DNA of 64,000 bases from Candidatus Heimdallarchaeum aukensis. GTDB lineage: Archaea; Asgardarchaeota; Heimdallarchaeia; Heimdallarchaeales; Heimdallarchaeaceae. A program made the translations under genes and the position numbers. Below the pieces are notes generated by a model. That model was not told the origin of the DNA. It saw nothing but the letters and a program-made list of their open reading frames with translations, and did not search any database. This document shows, one piece after another, positions 58,901-64,000 of the stretch. Numbering within the stretch: the first letter of the stretch is position 1; every line of letters starts with the position of its first letter. The stretch lies in the NCBI GenBank assembly GCA_021513695.1, contig CP084166.1, positions 1,984,001 through 2,048,000 of the forward strand, written 5' to 3'.

Positions 58901-61900
58901 TATTCATCTTTATCGCTTTACTAACATAGAAGTCAAACTAGAAGATCAGTCGTATTTAGATGATAGTGGATTTGACACCTCTGACTATTCAGGAGACAAT
59001 TTTTCTGTTGCTCCCTTTTTGAGCGATTATTATGGCTTGCTTGATATAGATTTAAATTATATTCCATCAAACGAAAGGGTTAAAGTATGGACAGATAACG
59101 ATGCGGAAGGATTAAAACAATATTACTATAATTATAACAACCATTATTTGCTTCCTTCTACCGTTACTGTTCCTATAAACGATTGGAGGGTAAATAAAGG
59201 AGCGTCAGTAGGAATCTATTCTACTCCCTTAACTTCATTGAATCTTAATTTTATGATTAGTATGGATATTGAAAATAGAAAGACGTTTAATGAGGATATG
59301 ACAATTGAACTTTTTGAATATAAATTCAAGCCTAATACTGATGCTTATGCTACTTCTCTTCCTTATTCTTATTATAAACTTAAGTTCTATCTTTATGGTT
59401 CAATTGAAATGCAAAATGAAGAAGGAGAGATGGAAGGAGGATATTTGTACTACCGTTTATTTGCTTATGATGGAGTAGAAGAAACTGAACTTACTCCTAC
59501 TTACGATATGTTGAGCGATAATACTGATTTTCTTCAAGCTATATCTACTAATACTTTAGACTTTCCTAATATGCTAAGAATAACTGAAAATTATGAAAAA
59601 GGTATTACGCACCTTATTTATAATACAAATGAAGAAAGTGAACTTCGTGCTGTTTTTCCTGTCAATTTTGAAGAAGCGTATACTATTTCTATTCACTTTG
59701 GTCAAGATCAAGAAATTAAAAGAGAGTATGCCGATGCTGATTCTAAAGATGAGGTTTTTGACACACCATTTTTTGTAGGTGTATCCTCTTTTGACACTTT
59801 TCTGGATCTATATGGAGGAAGTGGAGAAAAAGCTACTCTATTATTCGCTGATGTAACAATTCCTAGTTCAATGTTTCCTTCTCTTTTTATTCAGACTTCT
59901 GAAGCTATTAACTCCACTACTGAACTTACATGGGGAACAGATTATTCTATTAATTGGTCACCTGAACCTACTTTCTATGTTAATTCTTACGAACCTTCTA
60001 GAAACGAAGAGACAGGGTATAAACCTCTTGCACATCACATTAACTTGTTTGAAAACCGTTATTTACTTTTGGAAGATTTAAAAACAATTTTTGAAGAAAT
60101 AGATGTTACTCCCTATTTAGTAAACGAAAACTATGGAGACTTTATTTATTTACCCAAATATTATTCTGCCACGCTTTCTACTCTTCAAGATGTATATGTT
60201 ACTACTTATGACTTAAGCTTTGAAGGGACAGGAAATTTCCAACTTATAGGTAATACCATACTCAAATCTTATATTTTTGATTATAACGACGAGAAAAACA
60301 AAAATTGGAAAAATGAATTTATTGATAAAACTGTTAGTTCTTTGAAGTTTATTTCTACTTATGAAAAAGACACTTTACCTAAAACCTATCTTTCATGTTT
60401 AGATTATTTATCTTATGAATATTACGCAAAAAACAAAAAAAGAGAGTATTCTTTTACTGACGGTTTTACTAATTATGAAGACTGGACAACAGTTGATTTT
60501 AGCCTCTTTGAAAGAGTAAAAGAACCTTCTTTACGTTCTTCTCCTCTAGGCTTAGTTATAGATGAGAATTCCATAGATTTTACCAGCGAAAATATGGATA
60601 GTATTTACGATTATTTTGACCCCACTGATGAGTTAGAAGATCTTTTCTCTTTTTCTGGAAAAACTATATATTATCTTCCCAGTTACTATATGAAAGGAGG
60701 AAATGACCAACCTGGTCATAGCCTTTGGGATAGAGTAATTGCAGGTGAAGCATTTCAAGGATTTAACCCTTCCTCTTCCCCCTATTATCAGAACCAGCTA
60801 TATCTTTACAACAATTGGATGTACGATTTGCAAAGCCAAATAATACAAAAAGAAGGATATAATATATATGACCAGAATGAATTACAGATTTATAATATCT
60901 ACGATGAAATTCCAGGTGATCACCGTGACTTTTCTTGTATGTTACCCGATTATTTAAGATTTAAACCAGTTTACTATTCTACTAGTTTACCTAAAAATTT
61001 TATATGGTCGTTTGATATAAACGTTGATTCATGGAGTCTTGGTAACCTTGCTGAAAACTATGTCAAATTTTTTGACAAAGAAGAAGGAAGATACTCTTTC
61101 TATATTAGTATACCTATTATTTTACCTTCTCATGGAAACAAACCTTATTATCAAGATTTAGCCCAAGCTCCCAATGTGTTAAGACTTTTCATCTATTATG
61201 ATTCAGGAACAGAATATCACGATTCAGATACAGAGACAGGATTTTTTAAACTTGACCCCCATTATAGTATCTATTTAGGTCGATCGATAATAGGAATTTG
61301 GAAGGCTTCAGAAAGTGTATCCCTCCATTTCGAAATAGCGGTAGAGGAAAAAGAGATAGACGAGAGTTATGCTATTTATCAAGAGGGTGTTAATGGAGGT
61401 CCTCAAATTACAGCTTATTACGATTATAACCTCCAGATGTGGATAAATAATGACAATATGTACTGGGATTTGCTTAAATTGCCGATGTGGATGTTGACAA
61501 TAGCTTATCCATATAAAGACAAAGATGATAATAAAGCAATACCCAATAACTACCAGTACGACCTCATGTATAATCAGTTATTTAATACTCAAAACTCTGA
61601 AAACGGTTATATCAACCCTCAATATTCTGAGGCTTTTAACACTTACTACAAAGGATTATATGGGGATAAAGAACCTAATGGTTTTCAACCTGACGCTAGA
61701 CTGTTTTTCGATACTGGGTCATTAACTGAACATACTTACCATTGGTTGCAATATCAACGTTCTTTAGTTTCCGATAAATATTACTCTTTATCTTTATCCG
61801 AGTACGGTATCGACCCTTCTAACCCTTCTCTTTACGATTGGGATTATCACTATTATAGCAGAGACAATTATGCAGGAATGGTTCGTTCAGATTTAGCGGA

Positions 61901-64000
61901 TGTAAGGTTTGAGAACCCTCGATATGTTAGTGGAGAATATAATTGGGCTAACATAGCAAATGAAATTTATGAATATGATACTGCTTTATATAACATAGAT
62001 TATGCTTTAGATAATAGTTTATACAAAATCCCACAAAGAACAATAGGTTTTGGAGTCAATTATCCTTTTGTGGGGATAAGTGACGTTTCTATTACTCCTC
62101 TTAACTCTATTCAGACAACTGATCTGGATGAGGATGGAGAAGAAGATTTCTCAATTATCAACGGAGACGTAGCAACGGATGGAGAAAATGTTATAGTTAA
62201 ACCTGGTAGTGCAATAACCTCTTTAGATCTGACAAATGATTTGGATATAGCTATTAAATATAAAGACATAATATCTTCTTGTAGGGGTTATTATGATAAC
62301 ACTTTTCTAGACTACTCTTTCGAAGTTGGGTTACAAGATTTGCATAACCCTAATCTTAAATATTATTTTTATATGAAAAATAGCTATCCATATAACCAAT
62401 ATTTTGAGTATGTAAATTCAGGACAGATTGATAATATCGTTCCTTTTACAGAAGACGATTCTTTACCAAGTTTAGATTCAGAAATAACTCAACCACTTAT
62501 GGGAACATATGTGGGGATAAAAGGTTACGCTCAGAGTTCGTCAGACTATTCATTAATAACAGACACACTTTCTTCTACTTTCAAACGTATATTTCAACCC
62601 AAGAATTCGATTTTATATGATTATTTAAATATAAAATATGATGTTACCACTAAAATATTGACTTTTATACTCTGGTCGGAAAAATACGGTAATAAGCAAT
62701 CCTATGAAATAAGCTATAACCTTTCGGAAACAGGAGAATTAGGAACGAATGATTTGACAAATTATACCTTATATTTTAAGACAGAGAACGCTTACTTGTT
62801 TATAGATAAGATTTACACTCGAACCTTTATGCCTGTAGAGGATACTAATTCTGAACGCTATTACAGAGGAGCAGGAAAACTAGGGGATTATTATCTTTAC
62901 TCTCCTGTTAATCATGGGTTAGAATTACAAAATCAAGTTAAACTTAACTATGAAGATTATAATCTTAATTCTTTTCCTTCCACTGAATTTTATTTCATAC
63001 CTACTTCAGAGTCCAGTTTCTCCTTAGATTTATTTGGAATAAAGAGTGATGATACACTCGAGAATTTTCTTAAGTTGGAAATAAATGGAAAAGAGTGTAA
63101 ACTTTCATTAGATTCTGGAGACTCATGGAATTCTCTCAATAATACAGAAATAGAGAATATGTTTGATGTGGTGAATAGTTATACTTGGAACAGTTTATCT
63201 ATTCATCGTGGGAGTGAAGAAGACCAGCTGATTATAACTCTGAATAATCAAGATTATCCTTTCGTTTTTCATATTGATACCGAGGAATATTATAAGTACA
63301 AGTTCACTTTAACTCATAAGCGTTCAAGAACTATAATAGACAATTTATCTTTCCTTTCTCTCTATGAGGAATTTGAAAATGAAAGAAAATTGTTAGACGA
63401 TGAGTGGGAAAAAGATATTTCTCGAGGATTTTACAGACAGATACAGGTGACAAAAGCTCAATCCCAACTAATTATTTATGGTGCATCGATTATAGAAGGA
63501 GAAACAGAAGTTACAGTGACCTTCAATGATGACCCCACTACTACTGTCAGTCAAATTTGGAAACAATCTTCTATAGGATTGAAAATGGACTATTATTCTT
63601 ATCTTATACCTTCTTCTGTCGATATGTCTTTGCCAGTTAAAGTTTCTCTTTCTGTTAGTAATATGGCTATAATCAATTGGTTAAGTATTGAACCGATGAA
63701 AGATATTGAGTCTATACTTTATCTTTCTAACAATAATAAGTATATAGACCAAGTCTATAGTCCAATGGAGTATCTTTCTGGTTCAGAACTTGTCTATTCT
63801 TCCACCTATGAGCAACCTCATGCTCTTGAAGTCGGAGGAACAACACAAGTAAAGTTCAAGTATAATTATTCTCCTGAAGATCTAGATGTCGCTCCTAACG
63901 TGGTTTTTGAAGGATTTATAAAAGGACAAGGTAAAATCTCTTTCTCTTTTCAAGTTAAACTTCCAGACAAATTTACTAGTTTGAATGTGAATTTCATAGG
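55968..64000 (+). CDS. second giant secreted protein (>2677 aa, continues past the window end), N-terminal signal anchor
   Basis: ATG lies 2 nt after the upstream stop, with aggagga 8 nt upstream. Frame spot-checked open at ~56040, 57000, 58020, 60000, 62280 and 63960. It is not in the ORF track because no stop occurs in the window. N-terminus is MQKIKSKMNTFLGKLNKRSLVITGVALFISVIVIL. Composition is Y/N/S/T/D-rich, as in the upstream gene. Confidence 0.65.
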   Translation, partial: MQKIKSKMNTFLGKLNKRSLVITGVALFISVIVILQSFSIALYPQSSDDDSYTFFYSDFSDKEEWKGVYRLSWGSIIVDSNFNAMSKKIDLYWYGMQQLFLEVKGIDSLKLDSSSAIQVIDADTSRILYELRGSQLSSFNVSVDLSAYVYEDTSALYINIIGSIKIIDYIRIFTPKLYYHNFLNDGKTFPNAYHEFNQLYIDYLAYTEEVTYETPVIKVPEGNNVNLTFAFNLVPSLTSNYSMFAHIYADIYGLGGFGEVEQRIELGYSYTNMSFGADYVSLIDKEITLLGNYYVRFYLNFDCFETNEEDIQIKLIAFFIQPHNNVEEQSEYVDPALYIRKSPNAYISEQVVEGRVFNALTVDRQGYIATYKISHMDTIFYDKLDPSTIEENYTIGNPDTLVYDFDSSKNLRLNSSGYLYSSESIGSDFSVSTSFNLNSLASNRIFAGIGIYGTHSYEFAVGNMTLYEETYVDEETTTVKVKEVYQAYLHVYKDNLLIRSYALNQTFGEGQVISLSLSSKFGYKAYSVQINYEEIVISLSEIIAIGGKPGIFAKIPQPSPDNFVSFYYLSASGITEYSPRRLLIYSKTQQYVTVVLKATRINPLSFSSEKVVIDEKKLSQNKEGILYFSYIPKPFEYIHLEVYCTNPDEELTSSFSILAMKFSGIHEYNTIIPSYDYYDISDSVYFEKRNLISEDLSDNFIASYDAIVEERYSLLEIGAEAQDSLPDTQIDIYTRKLNSGLPFTFQGTVYWTEHESGSFFSHVLYLDLSPGNYEIRLERPLIFTSKLNISYLLLRPLTSYANAVTDSVGFTNPLSWEKDFTTDKIDAFNGIDQFIEESYYSLVHPSCYMKDDGNGNYEQYTDWTPSTDDTQIWSVEDNLASFVGGVKLDIPDVSTGPEGYPYLRFVARTYSNCTIDLKLTLTYSDGSTNEYYYSVSQEPKVYFFNFDYTDSLKILSGIEFFTNYILYNDKDESVIVSDIHLYRFTNIEVKLEDQSYLDDSGFDTSDYSGDNFSVAPFLSDYYGLLDIDLNYIPSNERVKVWTDNDAEGLKQYYYNYNNHYLLPSTVTVPINDWRVNKGASVGIYSTPLTSLNLNFMISMDIENRKTFNEDMTIELFEYKFKPNTDAYATSLPYSYYKLKFYLYGSIEMQNEEGEMEGGYLYYRLFAYDGVEETELTPTYDMLSDNTDFLQAISTNTLDFPNMLRITENYEKGITHLIYNTNEESELRAVFPVNFEEAYTISIHFGQDQEIKREYADADSKDEVFDTPFFVGVSSFDTFLDLYGGSGEKATLLFADVTIPSSMFPSLFIQTSEAINSTTELTWGTDYSINWSPEPTFYVNSYEPSRNEETGYKPLAHHINLFENRYLLLEDLKTIFEEIDVTPYLVNENYGDFIYLPKYYSATLSTLQDVYVTTYDLSFEGTGNFQLIGNTILKSYIFDYNDEKNKNWKNEFIDKTVSSLKFISTYEKDTLPKTYLSCLDYLSYEYYAKNKKREYSFTDGFTNYEDWTTVDFSLFERVKEPSLRSSPLGLVIDENSIDFTSENMDSIYDYFDPTDELEDLFSFSGKTIYYLPSYYMKGGNDQPGHSLWDRVIAGEAFQGFNPSSSPYYQNQLYLYNNWMYDLQSQIIQKEGYNIYDQNELQIYNIYDEIPGDHRDFSCMLPDYLRFKPVYYSTSLPKNFIWSFDINVDSWSLGNLAENYVKFFDKEEGRYSFYISIPIILPSHGNKPYYQDLAQAPNVLRLFIYYDSGTEYHDSDTETGFFKLDPHYSIYLGRSIIGIWKASESVSLHFEIAVEEKEIDESYAIYQEGVNGGPQITAYYDYNLQMWINNDNMYWDLLKLPMWMLTIAYPYKDKDDNKAIPNNYQYDLMYNQLFNTQNSENGYINPQYSEAFNTYYKGLYGDKEPNGFQPDARLFFDTGSLTEHTYHWLQYQRSLVSDKYYSLSLSEYGIDPSNPSLYDWDYHYYSRDNYAGMVRSDLADVRFENPRYVSGEYNWANIANEIYEYDTALYNIDYALDNSLYKIPQRTIGFGVNYPFVGISDVSITPLNSIQTTDLDEDGEEDFSIINGDVATDGENVIVKPGSAITSLDLTNDLDIAIKYKDIISSCRGYYDNTFLDYSFEVGLQDLHNPNLKYYFYMKNSYPYNQYFEYVNSGQIDNIVPFTEDDSLPSLDSEITQPLMGTYVGIKGYAQSSSDYSLITDTLSSTFKRIFQPKNSILYDYLNIKYDVTTKILTFILWSEKYGNKQSYEISYNLSETGELGTNDLTNYTLYFKTENAYLFIDKIYTRTFMPVEDTNSERYYRGAGKLGDYYLYSPVNHGLELQNQVKLNYEDYNLNSFPSTEFYFIPTSESSFSLDLFGIKSDDTLENFLKLEINGKECKLSLDSGDSWNSLNNTEIENMFDVVNSYTWNSLSIHRGSEEDQLIITLNNQDYPFVFHIDTEEYYKYKFTLTHKRSRTIIDNLSFLSLYEEFENERKLLDDEWEKDISRGFYRQIQVTKAQSQLIIYGASIIEGETEVTVTFNDDPTTTVSQIWKQSSIGLKMDYYSYLIPSSVDMSLPVKVSLSVSNMAIINWLSIEPMKDIESILYLSNNNKYIDQVYSPMEYLSGSELVYSSTYEQPHALEVGGTTQVKFKYNYSPEDLDVAPNVVFEGFIKGQGKISFSFQVKLPDKFTSLNVNFI

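Noticed and set aside
1-64000. CRISPR array search
   Set aside because: No regularly spaced direct repeats with unique spacers were seen anywhere in the window. The Cas4-like gene is therefore stand-alone.

Overview
This is an AT-rich archaeal chromosomal window. It carries archaeal core genes and a stand-alone 23S rRNA gene, a tRNA-adjacent accessory block, and the start of a giant surface-protein operon.

- **Core genes:** Orc1/Cdc6, an EF-2 paralogue, uS10, GTP-dependent PEP carboxykinase, inorganic pyrophosphatase, cytidine deaminase, archaeosine tRNA-guanine transglycosylase, FtsZ/tubulin, Rpp21, a YhbY-like protein, the conserved S19e/PDCD5-like/L39e/L31e/aIF6 cluster, and the L1-L10(P0)-L12(P1) operon.
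- **23S rRNA:** It is not linked to 16S or 5S. It is flanked by a perfect 23-bp processing stem and interrupted by a roughly 390-nt AT-rich intervening sequence with no ORF, at the position homologous to the yeast-mitochondrial omega / I-SceI site in the peptidyl-transferase region.
- **tRNAs (not in the ORF track):** tRNA-Cys(GCA), and a tRNA-Gly(GCC) carrying a 31-nt intron.
- **Accessory block next to tRNA-Gly (about 35.6-42.5 kb):** a Cas4-like PD-(D/E)xK nuclease, a divergently transcribed DUF4365-like protein, a winged-helix regulator, a DNA-binding protein translationally coupled to a ParA/MinD ATPase, and a secreted beta-helix protein.
- **Giant surface-protein operon:** two translationally coupled ORFs, 4223 aa and more than 2677 aa, the second running off the window.
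- **Other noteworthy features:** a membrane-anchored HerA/VirB4-like ATPase with a Ras/Rab-like small GTPase next to the ribosomal cluster, and an EF-2 paralogue lacking the diphthamide motif.

The small GTPase and EF-2 paralogue suggest an Asgard-like lineage, but this is inference only. All calls come from reading the sequence and the ORF translations; no database searches were run.
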